Shown in pieces: positions 1 to 13,700 of a DNA stretch of 64,000 nucleotides. The stretch is from contig CM082583.2 in the NCBI GenBank assembly GCA_040954595.2, positions 5,950,849-6,014,848 of the forward strand, written 5' to 3'. Position 1 is the stretch's first letter. Each line of letters begins with the position of its first letter. Under the pieces are notes generated by a model. The model ran no database searches and had not been told where the DNA came from. It was given only the letters and a program-made list of their open reading frames with translations. The position numbers and the translations under genes were made by a program. This stretch comes from Balanoglossus misakiensis (lineage: Eukaryota > Animalia > Hemichordata).

Positions 1-1141
1 CTATTCAGGAGATCATCCATTATGACAGAATTTACTTAGAGATGCTGAGATGATGACTGGTGTCCGAAAATTTTAGCACACGACAACTACCCTGTAAACA
101 CGACTGTGGGACGCCATCTTTGTACTACTAGGAATGGCCGATGAGGGCGCTCCATAGCTATGCAAGGCCCGCGCCCAGGGCCCCGGGGCCCAGAGTCAGC
201 GAGGTCATGATTGCAAGGTGTCTGCACTGGCAAAAGCGCTATGTAAAATAACGGCGCGGTTATGGTTCGATGCGGGCGTACTTTATTGTTTAAACATTAG
301 CATAAAATGCACTATATTTCCGAAGGGATATTCCCATTTTCAAAATAGATCATTCAGAGAGTGCATGGCAAAACTTGACAAAGCGCAAATCACTCTATGA
401 TGTCATGGGGTAATTCGTGCGAGGATGTTGTAATATCAGCATTCGAGTAGCAATGTTAACCCATGCCAGAAAAGTCGTTTTAATGGTCACAGGTTACGTT
501 TCTTTCAGAGCTGTAAGGTTTATATTCCTTCTTTCAGCATACAGCCACGCACACGTTGTGTTCCGGGTTAATGGTTGTTTTGTAACCACCGCTGCTTTTG
601 GCGGTTCCTATGGAAACACAGTAGCATTGATACTCGTACTGTTGATTTTTCGAATGAAAGTAACTAAATGCTATAAATGGCTAGCTGTGATCTAATGGAT
701 GAGACTGACAATTCACTTAAAAGTGGACTTCAACAAGATACCCGGAAATATGCCATTACACCCCGAGAATAATCAGACCCAAAATATGACAACTAGACAA
801 GGCGCGAGACCCTGCGCTCATCAAGTTGAAATATTCCCTCAAGAAGGTAAAAATTCAATAATTTATATCATGAGATGCTGCAGCTTTTCCGACGCACAGA
901 AATACCTTTCATCTGGATCTACCTAAATAATGTTAACACAACGTGCATACGAAGTGTCAGAAAATAGCGCAAACAATATCAGTAATGACCACGCCACTGC
1001 CTCGTCTCAGACTATGTTCTCAGCCCTCCGGGTGAATGTACTTTTGACGTGCGCATCCCAGCATTTTAATTTCTCAGCTGTGTCGTTCTCTGTACGGGCA
1101 CTTGCAACTCACAAGAATATGCAGATAACTTCTTCTAATTC

Positions 1142-4100
1142 TCACGCGTCTCTTAAAATTGCACCTTCCCCGTCCATTTTGTCAAAGATTTTCTGTTCCA
1201 CGAGATCTCGGTTCTCCGACCCAATCAGCGCGTGGCTGCTGCCGAAATAATCTCCCGTTTCTGCGTTCAGAAAGTTGCCGCGGATTCGGACGTAGTCGCA
1301 GATATGAAAAGCCAGGATAGAGGCGATGAACTCCTTTGACGGAAGCCCGATTACGTTTTCGATGAAACTGAAATTAAAGCGAAAGGTAAAGGACAAAATA
1401 GATAAAAGTCACAGTCCTACGAGGTTCCTATAACTTTCATTTGAATTTGACTCTGTAGTTGGTGGCGCTCATCAGAAATGTAGGCCTATACCGGTTAGGA
1501 AAATAACGTTAAGTGCACCTACAGTTCTTGGACATATCTGACAAATTCCGGATGAACAATGCGGACTTCGGAGATCAGCACGGGCGCACCTTTTGACCCG
1601 GTTACCCTAGAAACAGCAATAAATGGAAACACATCAGTGTGCATGTCATTAAATATGCATTCTTTTCCCTGCCTGCCTGCCTGTCTGTCTGTAAAGATAC
1701 TCTATTATCGCGTGAGTTCGTTGGCATACCGAAAAACAAATCTTCCACACACACTTACATAAATCGTCGCTGTCTCGTCCACTGCCTCAGCCTTTCGTAG
1801 TCATTTCTACTTTGCGCGACAAATATTAGGATAACTGTCTCGGGGATTCTCAATGCCTGAAATAAGATTGTCAGAATCTGTTATGTGATGTGATGTGATG
1901 TGATGTGATGTGATGTGATTTGATTTTATTTTATTTTATTTTATTTTATTTTATTTTATTTTATTTTATTTTATTTTATTTTATTTTATTTTATTTTATT
2001 TTATTTTATTTTATTTTATGTTATGTTATGTTATGTCATGTTATGTCATGTTATGATCATTGATGCCAGGTAAATCATAATTCCAGCATTAGAAGCAATT
2101 ATTGTTCAAACGTTGACATTCTATATATGAGTTTATGACATCACTTCTCTTTACTCAATCATATATCTTGAACCCGACGCGCATCTCTGTACAAACGAAG
2201 CGGCATTTCAAAAGAATATGATGTCGCACACGATTTCAATTAGCGGCCCGTTCCCTCTAACACAGCAGTGACACAAGTGACTCCCAAAGTAAAAAAAAAA
2301 ACACCACCTCGAAATCAATCACCTTTGTGTCAACGAGCAATGAATATACAATAGGACATGGGAATCATGATGTAAAAGAGGAAGCCGATCAGACGCAATC
2401 TCTGCCTTACCTCATTTATTTCCAATTCCGCGGAGTTTAGTTTCGCCATGTCATCAGCATTAACCACAACAAAGTTTGCTCTCCAGCGGCGGCGAGGTTC
2501 GTCGGCTAATGATGATGGCAAGCGGGCCACGACGAATCTGTGGAGAAAATCACGGCATGTATTGCTTATTACAGAGAGGTGCGCGAAAAAGAAACATTCA
2601 AGTCGGTTGTCGCAAATGCCGCTGTCGACGATCACATTAAATGATTAAAAATGAAACTGGGTGATTTTTTTTTAATTTTCGGGGATTCAAATACGCATAC
2701 CTATAGTGCACGTGTCTGCCGTCTGCAGAGTGTCTTCTTGGAGTTGGAGAATATGATTCTCTCGTAAGAACGCAGTGTATGCATTGCTTTCCTTGGGTCA
2801 TATCTTCAGTTGGCAGCCATGATTCCGTGGGGGAATCCTTGGCCGGTAACATCCGCAGTAGCTTCTTCATTCCTATAAGTGTGCAACATGATTGTCAGAA
2901 TGATTCGATCTCGAGAATTGAAACAGGTGTTTGTGCGAACAACTGAGTGAAACAAAGATGTGTACACTGGTAGTAAACCTCGCTGCATCGATTTGGTATT
3001 TTGAACCGGCCCGAGCGCTATCAATGGTATACTCCGCAAAAAAAATTCTGTGTTTTGCACCGTTTTCACAATGGCATATAATTGTTGCGTTACTCTGCCA
3101 TAACGAGTCCCTCTCAATCAATCATGCAAAAGCTGGTTTGTGACGGACGTCATCCAATACCATTTCAATTATATAGCATGTCTGTTAGCCATCCTGTAAT
3201 ATGTAAGCGATCTTTCCCGGTTTGGTTTGTCGAATCTATCACATGACCTGACAATCTATCAAACAGTACATTACCATGCGGCACACACTCTCCATTTCAT
3301 CTGCCGACCCGCCTTTGATACCGCATGGCGGGTATAGACACTCGGTAGAATTATTTGTTACTACTACTCGGCCAAAGCGGCCCGACAAGGACCCGGCCGA
3401 AAACCAAACCCTGTGTCCGTTTTCAACTCGGTCACATCACAACTCACCGTCCACTGACTCGCCTTTGATCCCATACGGCGGGTAGTCACTCGACAGGCTT
3501 GCGTACACATTATCAAGCGTCAGAAACAGCGGAACATGAGGCAGGTAACGCAGCTGCAGCCATTTTGAAGAACTGCGAATCGAGGTCAGTGATCCGGGAC
3601 AGACGGGCTGCAAAATATTGTGACGTGAATTTATTTAGATGCGCCTTGACCAAAGAGATGCAGCTAGTTGTTATATTACACAAAGTTAATACAACTGCCT
3701 TTGACTTGATGCAGTAAAAAGCTACCCATCTAGGGAACTAAACCGGTATGAAACAGTCGACAATACCGAGATACATTTTGTTGATATTTTTTAGAAGAGC
3801 CGTCCAGAATTCGTGCAATTATTTCGCTACCTCTTCTCCGGTTCGAGTCGTTGACTTCCAACTTTATACTAGAAGCATAGAGGGCGCTACACCACCTTAC
3901 CAAAACCTTGTACCTGAATTGCGTCATGGCGTGGTTTCTCATTCCACGGTGTGTTTGAAATGTCATTTCGGACGAGGTAACGTCTCCTGGCCTTTGAAGA
4001 ATCCAAGGCGTTGACTTCGTCTCTTTCTCGCGTCAGACTATCCCCCGGGTTGTCGAGAATCTTGCTGGGCGAAGGACCCCCATGGATAGAACTCCAGGTG

Positions 4101-4237
4101 TCACCGCGGCATAAGTATAAATATACGGCAAACAGCGCCGCGTTGGATAGCACACATAATTTCAAGAGCCTGCGTATCTTGTTTTGAGGCTTTGGTTTTG
4201 TTTCCCATGCAGACCATCGTTTGAAATAAATAGGCAT
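1142..4237 (-). CDS. Degenerate sialyltransferase-like (GT29) type II membrane protein, 347 aa, 6 coding exons
   Basis: complement(join(1142..1367,1523..1606,1759..1856,2411..2537,2701..2872,3901..4237)). All introns are GT-AG and phase-compatible; 1044 nt open. N-terminal TM (LLKLCVLSNAALFAVYLYLC), CIHC at the sialylmotif-L position, 'RIVHPEFVRYV', sialylmotif-S-like 'LPSKEFIASILAFHICDYVRIRG', C-terminal 'RDLVEQKIFDKMDGEGAI'. Confidence 0.8.
1881..2055. repeat. Compound pentanucleotide microsatellite (TGTGA)n-(TTTTA)n-(TGTTA)n, intronic
   Basis: Directly visible tandem repeats. Confidence 0.95.
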
Positions 4238-6711
4238 AGTAGTTGACTAATGTCGATTGCAATATAATGCAATTCTTTCAACGTTGTTGCTTGCAAATAT
4301 CGTCTCTCATAGCGGACACGCACCGACGGCGAATCACCGTATTGATAGTTACATGTACATGTAGCTAAACCGGAATTATCTGTGAAATAGAGAAGTATGC
4401 GTTAAATATTGATTCCGGCGACCATACAATTTACGCCAATATCGAGGAACAGTTTTTAATGTACATAGGGCCTACCCTTCTGAAGGGGTGTCCCTGGGTT
4501 GGGCATTAGGCACCCTAGGTCGTGAGTGTGACATCATGCAGATCCCCCAGCAGTGTGAAAATTGGCAAAACAGGTTACAATAGAAAAGCACAGGAGCGAA
4601 AATGCAAGCGTTTTAATAAACGCTAAAAGAAGGATGGCTATAAACAGCAGACAAGGACCAGTAAAATGCAAAAAAAAACGACTATACATGTTTGTATACA
4701 TATATAGAAAAGCCTATTGAAAAGGTGGAAATATGTCACCTCATTTGAACTGAATACATGTATGCCCCCGTGGTTTAACTATTATGTGTCTTACGTTGTA
4801 GACATGAATTTTTCAGGCTTGTGATTGTCGACATATGGGTAATTAATTAAACAGATGTATACCTCAATTTCTTATTTGACAAATATAGGGAGAAAAATCA
4901 ATTACGGCCACACAATGTTTAAAATCAAATGCACAGTACATGTATTCAGAAAATTGAACTAAACGGATCTATTCAGAAATACCCTCGGCATGAAAATATA
5001 CCCCTTTCTTGTATTTAAATTCTCGGGCGAGCTTGGTTTACACCGTTATTGTGATCCGTTGACGAGGTCACTCTGGGGTGAATTATTTCAGTGGCACTAA
5101 GCCCAATTACCCAAAATCAACCTTCATCAACCGTTTTGAAAATACCACTAGAAGCTTATGAAAAGCTTTTAAACGACAAACGTTTTTTGTCTGTGCTCAT
5201 TGCCGTCTTACAATCTAGTCCGGTCTTTCACGTGTTCTTTGTAATACGGTTGTATATACACAGCGAACGCCACGAGACATTAGACGTATAGTTTCTGTAT
5301 GTTTCGCGGCACCCGAAGCCATATTAGGTCACAAACGGGCTATGATCTGTACCAATCATACGGATGGAACCGGTTTACAATATACAGCATGTGCAAAAAA
5401 ATAAGAGACATTTGGAGACAATATGGACGTCGATTTTAATTTGGAGTGCGAGACAGCGAGCGAGCGAGCGAGAGAGAGAGAGAAAAAAACACACAATCGC
5501 GTAAATGACGGAGAGAGAGAGAGATATCCTGATAAATATACAACCACATCACCATACACACACAGTTTCATGGTTTGTGGCACTTAATCTAGTTTGAAGC
5601 TAGCTACTTACCAGCTGTACAATTTAATGTGTAAACTTATGATGGGGAGGGTAACCATTATACATGTACATGCATAAACTTACTTTACGATCGGCACGTG
5701 CACTATGCTGGTATACTTGACACTTCACCTAGAGGTTAGTACAATGTATTCATATACAATGTACACCACTGCTGCGGGGCTTTCCGTGACAGCTCATCCC
5801 GGAGAGATAATTATGTTATGAGCTATACACACTGCACGAACCAGTTCATTTGTACGGAACAATCAGGCTGGAATATCCCACACGCGATCGAGTACTGTAC
5901 GTGTTAGTACAGTGTATTATATACGCCACCTGTAAGTAAGTACATACAGCGCCGACTATGGTTGTAGAAATATTCGCAATGCAGCTGTCCGGCGCTTTCG
6001 TGTATATCGACAGGGTGTGCACACGACACGTCCATCCCGAGTACGTCCATGCCCCAGTCATTATCTGCACCGAAATAACAACAGCAATAATGATGTCAAA
6101 GGTGATGGTATTACCATAGAATATAGCGTCAGTGATTGTGGGTGGCTCTGTCCCTTTTGCAAATGTGCATATACTACACCGCGATTCAGCATTTACAAGC
6201 GACAAAACTACACAGTTGATAACCTTACCCAACATAACAATCACTAAAGCACAAAATACGAAATTCTAGCTTACCATCTAACAATGTGAGACTGGCATCA
6301 TATGGAAATTGCTATTGGTACGACCAAGTGACAAAATGCACTTGTTTGATCGATTATCACGTAAATTCGAACTCCACGTACATCACGTGTCGGGGTCGGA
6401 TAAAGGCTGGTACCCTGCCTTCGCTGAACACTGCGTCTCACGTGACTAAGCAAGACGCGCCACGAAGATGTACCAGCCCAGTCCATGCAGTCCAGGGTGA
6501 TGCAGTCTGAAGTACCCTGCCTCGGTGACGCGTCTTGCTTACTCACGTGTTCAGCGAACCAGTGCTGTGGATTGTAGTCTCGCGCTTGAATTTCCTACTT
6601 TCGCATCGTCGCGCCGGCTCGACAGGGAAAACCGCAATCGTGGAGAAAAAAAAACTTGTGGCAAAACCGGGCAAAACCTTGTGGTTTTCACAATTCCGTC
6701 AAGTTGACAAT

Positions 6712-9700
6712 ATGGCGAGTGAGTTTGACCCGAAGCTGTACTATTACGAACATGTAATGTTTGCCGGGTTTATCTTCCCCGCAGCAGTTCTTGATGCGTT
6801 AAAGGAGTTCACAGTCCGAAGAGATGATGTGTACATTGTGACTTATCCGAAGTCAGGTCAGTTAGTTTCTCATGTAGCTGTGACACTGTGTTGTGTTGTG
6901 TTGTGTTGTGTTGTGTTGCGTTGTCTTGTGTTGTGTTGCATGTGTCAATGTTGTGCTCTGTTCTGTTCTGATTTATTTCTTTTATTTGTGTCTGCTCTGT
7001 TCTGTACCGGAATTGGACTGGTGTTAAAGTAGGAATTTCACTACAATGCGTCATCGAAACATACACATGTGCCCAGACATGTACCAGGAAGAAGAATTTA
7101 AACGTCCCGTGTCAAAGAGAAAGGCCCCTGAGCGACTTCAGTTGAGATCATGCGCATTGGGGCACTTCAGGTCACGGTTGCCTATATACGTAGAACGTGA
7201 TTGCCCCGTGGCCAGTTACTTGGGAATCTTGCATACATTTGCCACTTCCGCGGTGCTCGGTAGAAAGCCACATTCAAGGATTTTTGATTACGGCAAATAT
7301 GGCGACCCAGTTCGACCGAAAGTTTTACCATTACGAAAATGTCATGTTTTCTGAAGTTAGTTTCCCCGCATCAGTTCTTGACGCACTAAAAGAATTCAGT
7401 GTCAGACGAGATGACGTGTACGTTGTGACTTATCCGAAGTCAGGTCAGTGACGTTCTCATGTACACACACGGATCTTAGCGTTCCATTAGCGGTATATTT
7501 TAGCCATTTTTTCCTTGAAAACTTTTACATTCGAGCCACCTTTTCTCCTTAAATGTGTTTTTTTTTACGAAGAAAGAAGCACAATTTGTGAAGTTTTAGC
7601 AACATATACTAGCGCGAAGTCCTATTAACCACAAACGAGCGTGTTTGTTTACAATCGCTATCGTTGTCCAAGCGAACCATTTCACCTCTGGCGTAGTTCG
7701 ACCTCGAGGGCGGACGCTGTTTAACCCATGGGCCTACTTACATGTTTGGCGTATCATGTGACATCGCGCCTTTTAAAATTAGGTCTACTTGTGTATCATG
7801 CACGCATGCGTGCAGTTACATGTATGTCCGGGCTAACAAATGGTACGTCCTGGAGACTTGGTCGGGAGCCTAACACAATCTCTTATTAAAACGATCCATC
7901 ACTTCTAGTGCAAAAAAGGGACATCACTGGACACACACCCATTCTAACAAAGGAGGACCGGTTGATTAAGACCCTCTTCCGCAGTGAAGACCCATCAGCT
8001 AAACTATCTACTTTCTCTGACTCATGGTGTTAAAGTTTATTATACTGGAATATTTCAGGTACGACTTGGATGCAACAAATTGTGTCGCTGATCAACGGAA
8101 GCGATGACGTAGAAGCCGCTGACCAAGTGCCGCTGACCGAACGAGTGCCATTTCTTGAAAAGTTTGTGCAGGACAAAATGGAATCGCCCACCTATAAGGT
8201 TCTCGAGACAATGGAATCGCCGAGATATGTTAAGACACACCTAGTAAAACGGCTACTGCCTCCAGACTTATTCAAAGTCAACCCAAAGGTGAGATATTCC
8301 AAACAGCATTGTTTGAATATTGGTATATAGGCCTATACAAGCATCCTACAGGGAGCGCCCTCAAGAGGTTAATCATGGATTCTGTTCTGTTTTTCGTCCT
8401 TCAGGTTGTGTATGTCGCCAGAAATCCGAAGGACGTCTTAATATCATATTATGAATTCAACCTTCATCCTTGGCCGTGGGAGGAATTTTTCGGAAACTTC
8501 CTGAAGGGAAACGGTATACACAAATTTAAAATCCCATGTCTACACTGGATATTAATCTGAATGGTTTTCGATGTACCAGTATATATTAGTACACTTTCGC
8601 ATTATTTTCCCAAAATAAATTGAAGCCGAAAATAATACCTTTCAATTTCCACAGCGACCGGATTCGGGTCGACCTGTTGTCAGATCTCAGGTAGTGTGGG
8701 AGTGAATGATTTTCGATGTACCAGTATATATTAGTACACTATCGCATTATTTTCCCCAAATAAATTGCAAAGCTGACATTAAACACTTTCAAATTCTACA
8801 ACGACCGGATTCGGGTCGACCTGTTTTCAGATCCGTCAGGGAGTGTGCGAGTGCGACGTCACATATGGCCTCCACCGGCACGTCATAACCGGCCAAAAGT
8901 GAACTTTCGCATCACTGAGAATATAATGTACGTGTGTATATTCCAGGCATCCAGATGGCTAGTAAAAATTGTTTTCAATTTGTTTCAGTCGTACATGGAT
9001 GTTGGTTTGAAAATGTTTCATACTGGTGGCAACACAGAGAAGACGACAATGTCTTGTTCCTTTTTTACGAAGATCTGAAAAAGGTACTGTAACTGGTGAC
9101 TCCAATCTCTCTAAGTAGTAGCATAATACGTCTGAAGGGAAAAAACGTCTATGCACAGTTAGCAGGGAGCAAGAAACACGCAGACAAAAATAAAAAACAG
9201 TTCTTATCTCCTTTATAAAACATATCCTTGAAAAATAATGACCCACCAAATCGCACTTAACCCTCTTCTTAATTTTATCCAAGCCCTTATTGAGACAAGA
9301 CATTATTTCAAATCTCCCATTCACACAAGACAACATTTGGCCCTATACGCAATTAATTTCTTCACCGCAGGATCTCAAAGGGGCCGTTCGAAAAATCAGC
9401 GACTTCTTAAATAAACCACTGGATGAAGACACCCTGGATGAAATCGCTCGTCGATCGAGCTTTGACGTCATGAAGGAGAACCCCCAAGTTAACTACAGGG
9501 TTATGTTCGGAGACGGGGCTCGGCAATTGCGATCGGGTAAACATTTCTTGTTTTCTCTCTGATGCTGCCATGTCTTAGAAGTGTAACAGCCCACCGAAGT
9601 ATCTTCATTTGACGTCTTTACAATCATCCAGCAAAAAAGTGGCCATATTATAATAATGATCTCCACTGCTGCCAGGTCATTCGAGCATTCCTATTACTAT

Positions 9701-9930
9701 GCGTCCATCATTCCATCGGGACAACCATGGGCGTATATCTTCGCTACCATGGTAAATGTGAACGTTTTTGTTTTAATTTCTTCTCGTGTACCTTTTTCGG
9801 ATAATCAGACAGTGCCTTTAACTTTTCAGGCAAGACTGGGTCTTGGAAGAAACGTTTGACAGCGGCGGAAAACGAAGCCGTCGAGGAAGCCTACAACAGC
9901 AGACTGAAAGAAATCGGTCTACAGTTTTAG
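6712..9930 (+). CDS. Cytosolic sulfotransferase (SULT1-like), 281 aa, isoform using first exon 1a
   Basis: join(6712..6856,8059..8288,8405..8513,8989..9083,9371..9536,9830..9930). 5'-PSB TYPKSGTTW, catalytic KTHL, 3'-[31 protein letters not shown]. Phases consistent; AATAAA at ~9948 and ~10084. Confidence 0.93.
6886..6938. repeat. (TGTGT)n-type microsatellite, intronic
   Basis: Visible tandem repeat. Confidence 0.85.
7299..7443 (+). CDS. Alternative first coding exon 1b of the sulfotransferase (paralog of exon 1a)
   Basis: ATG..TCAG|GTCAGT, 145 nt, same length and phase as exon 1a. Encodes [53 protein letters not shown]-like 'cctatatac' at ~7181. Confidence 0.88.
8560..8853. repeat. Two-copy ~145-bp tandem duplication in a sulfotransferase intron
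   Basis: 'aatg(g/a)ttttcgatgtaccagtatatattagtacact..gcattattttccc..gcgaccggattcgggtcgacctgtt..cagatc' occurs at ~8560 and again at ~8705. Confidence 0.9.
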
Positions 9931-10767
9931 TATGGTGGCGACTGAGCAATAAATGAGCCGGCGAAGAAGCCTAGGGAAATCAAAGAAGGGAAACGTTGTT
10001 GGATATTACTTGCCAGAAAATTGAATTGCGATTTCTTCTTACAATTTCCAAATGCTGACCTGCTGTTGACCAACCAGTTATCAAATAAAGATAAATTGTG
10101 AACGTCATGTATTCTGTTGGGAAGGGGCATAGTGAATCTCTAATATACATGTAGGTCTAAAATGGCGATCTGAACAGAAATAAAAGACAATCTTGGGAAA
10201 TAAATGGTGCGACTATATACCGGAGCTGAGACTCTGTTCTGCTTTGTCTCCGCTGTGTCGTGTCTCTGTTCTGTCTCTATTCTGTTCTGTATCAGAATTG
10301 AACCGGTGCTACTATATACGAAGTGCACCACGAACGGCAAATCCGCCACAGAAGATTAGTTTCGCCGCTGGTGGCGCACTTCAAAGCAGAGCCGTGGATG
10401 TCTGTGGCAGGGGTTGTTGAACACGTTCACACTACCTGAGCGCGAATCAACAATCATACAACCCCAAAAAAGCCCCGACAGTTTCAGCCAGTCCATTGAA
10501 CGTTTGGTAGTCTGAACAAAAACCTTAAAACTGAACTCACGGGAAGTGACAGGGACACATAACCAGAAACAGTTGGAAATGTTTATCAACCAACCATCCA
10601 TCCATTTCTAAGTACATGTAAATGCTAACCCTGCATTATTCCTATGTAAACAAATGTACACAAATGTCATATGAACGTTACAACAACAAAACAGTTAATT
10701 CTGTCGATTTCTTTTGTCATTTAAAATGATTGAATTAAAGAACTGTGTGACTCATAAGAGATGTTCA

Positions 10768-13700
10768 TCAGCTGATTATTAGGAGTCCCATTTCTTCTCG
10801 ACGTTTATTCCAAGCCTGTCGTAGTTTCTCTTTCATGCTATCGTCTTCAAATATAAAGTCAATGGTCTGGTAGGACAGCTTCCACAACTCTTCTCGTGTC
10901 AACTGGAATGTCTCGGCTGCAATGAGATACTCTTCCGACAGGCTGGTGACAAAAACGCCCTTATCGTCTGTCTGTGAAAAATAATAATCACAAAAAATCA
11001 TGATGTACGTATACCATACTTTGACCCTTGGAAGAAATACAATAGGGGGGGGGGGGGTCAATTGATATCTTCCAGATTGAAATACTGCCTGTATAGACGT
11101 ACTCCTCTCAATAGAATGCAATGCATTATAATAAGAGAAGTAATTGTGTAGGAATATTGAGAAATTCAGTACTATGCTTATTTAAACCAGAAAGGGGAGA
11201 CATTTTCACAAACTTACTCCAATGGTCACTGGGTGATTACAATCATACCAAAATTTGAAATGGTGATTGTCATAGTCTGGTACTGTCATGCCCCGAACAT
11301 TGGATGTTAAACAAATTTCTGGAAGAGAGAAAAAAATATACTGCATTAACAAGCTGTGAATTGCTGAAAAAAAGCAGTTTGCATTAGATACTGGTGGACT
11401 GCTGTATGTGTGTTCCTAACAGCTTGATTATATTGTCCTAAACTCCTCTTGTATATTACACTTCACATAAATATCAGCTTGAAAAATTTAATTACCTATT
11501 GGTATTTTATATTTCTGTACAAGCGACACCAGCTTTTCACTGCCACCGACGTCTGGGTGGAGAAAGGTCATGTGACCGACACGATCCGGTTGCAGCGAGA
11601 TCAAGGATTCATCGTCCGACATATTGGGAACCTAACGGAAAAAAGAGAGAGACAGTATGCTGTCTGTCTACAGGGTTTGCAGAAATAAATGAGATTAATT
11701 TAGTTGTACTAGATGTTCCACCCAAAATAATTGTGTGGTTCTGACAATGCCAGCAACTCTAATTTTAATCTACTGGCCCAATACTTATGGGAGACAAATA
11801 AATACAAAATTACATTGGAAATGTTTTACAGTGTCTGAAAATGTGACCTAGCTGATATGGGGTGTGTTTTTCAATTACCAAAAAAATGTCTTGTAACAAT
11901 ATCTTCATGATTACAGCTTCAAACTCGAGATGTGATTGTTAATTTTCTCACCAAGAGATACATGACTTCTTGGTATCACGCTAGACTTGTACACGGTGCG
12001 AATGGGGATACTTCAATGAGCAAACCGTTTATTGGGGGAGGATGGCACAGAATCCCTGGTCATCTCCATAAACACACACACACACACAGAAATCTGGACT
12101 GTGGAAGTGACATTCATTTGACAGGTTTTGGAGACTGGCTTACCTCAGCCAGATGCAGAGTAATTTTCAGACCAGCCGCCCTTGCTTTCTGCAGGGCTGG
12201 TATCAATTTGGTTGCGTCCACCTGTGCATTGATAAATTTAAACTAATTACAGAGAAATCTGACTGGTTCATATACTTCTGAATTTTCCAAACAAATGGGT
12301 ATTTTTTTAAATTTTCCTTCAGAGAGTGGTAGTGTGCCCTCTAAGCCCATATGACACGCCACTTACTCAACAAACTCACTGGTGACTCAAGAAAATTATC
12401 AACACTACATGCAAAGGTATAAGGCTGGCTCAAGAAAATTATCAACACTACATGCAAAGGTATAAGGCTGGCTCATGAAAAATTGTAGAAATCCTCAAAT
12501 TGACTCAAAGCTTTTTAGAGGGCACACTGGAGAGGGGTAATAAAAACAGGACACCCCCAATTACAGCCATGTGTGGGTTCTGGATGAATTAATTCCTCTC
12601 TTACAGTACAGAGAATAAGAAAAAATTAGAAAACGTGCATACTGGACATACACATGCTGTTTACCACACCACGTTTGCAAGAAACCTCAGATGCATTTCA
12701 GTGTACATCACAAGCTTCTAAACACACGCACGGACACACCAACGCACGGATGGAATATCTAAACTCAACCGACTTCCATACCACACCTCATCTGGCGGGA
12801 CCACCCATGATGCTAAAGACTTACAGTGGGATCACCAGCAAGGTCTATCCCCATGACAACGCCTCCGCTGCTTTCTCTGTACTCCTCGGCTAACTCGACA
12901 ATTTCCATGGCATCCTGGAGACTGACTCTTCTGTCTATGGACAAAAGTAGCCTGAAACACAGACGTGGCTCGCTAAGTCATTTATACCCAGGACTTGCGC
13001 ATAAATCCCCACACCATCCCAAGGTCTAAAGGGACAGAGCAGGCCGTCACTTATCATACTCTTTTTTCAGAGTATTTCAATGATATCATATTTCATGTTC
13101 CACCTTCTTGAGTACACCAAAAATTGTATATTTATATCTACAGCCATTTAATCATACAATGACTTTCTGTATCGTACATTAATGTGAAGTTCAAATATGG
13201 GCTATGTATTCAAGTTACCTGACAATTGTATTAATACCAGCATCGCTACAGTGCCTGATGCCATCTAGCATTGTCTCTATGTAACTCCTTTTTGTCATTC
13301 CTTGCAAAAATAAGCAAAAACGATGTTATAGCTGTAACAAATAAAAGCACTGCCAGGTAAGTGTTCTACTTGATGGAAGTGTATATGTCTGCTAGTTTAT
13401 TTATTATTGAAAGAATAGTGCATCAATCAACTTCTGGCAATGGCATGGCGTGCCAGAAGCTCGTTACACAACACCACACTGTCAGTAGACTAATCACAAA
13501 TAACTCCGATAACATTACAACTTCATTTAACAAGAAAGAAGCTGTACATTACACATATCCTTGAAATGAACATGTTTACCTGTGGACGGTACATCCCTTG
13601 GGGTGCTTCTCAATTCTAAATAAAGAACGTTGTCATCACTGAATTCCTGAATCACATCCTTTGTTGCTATGGAAATGGCTTCATTGCTGTTGACCAGTTT

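Noticed and set aside
3300-3495. Two ~45-bp imperfect direct repeats in the GT29-like intron
   Set aside because: Only two degenerate copies; not a CRISPR array or a definable element.
5846-6244. 132-aa minus-strand ORF
   Set aside because: No ATG start, no recognisable domain and no phase-consistent exon chain. It may be 5' UTR or promoter sequence of the flanking divergent genes.
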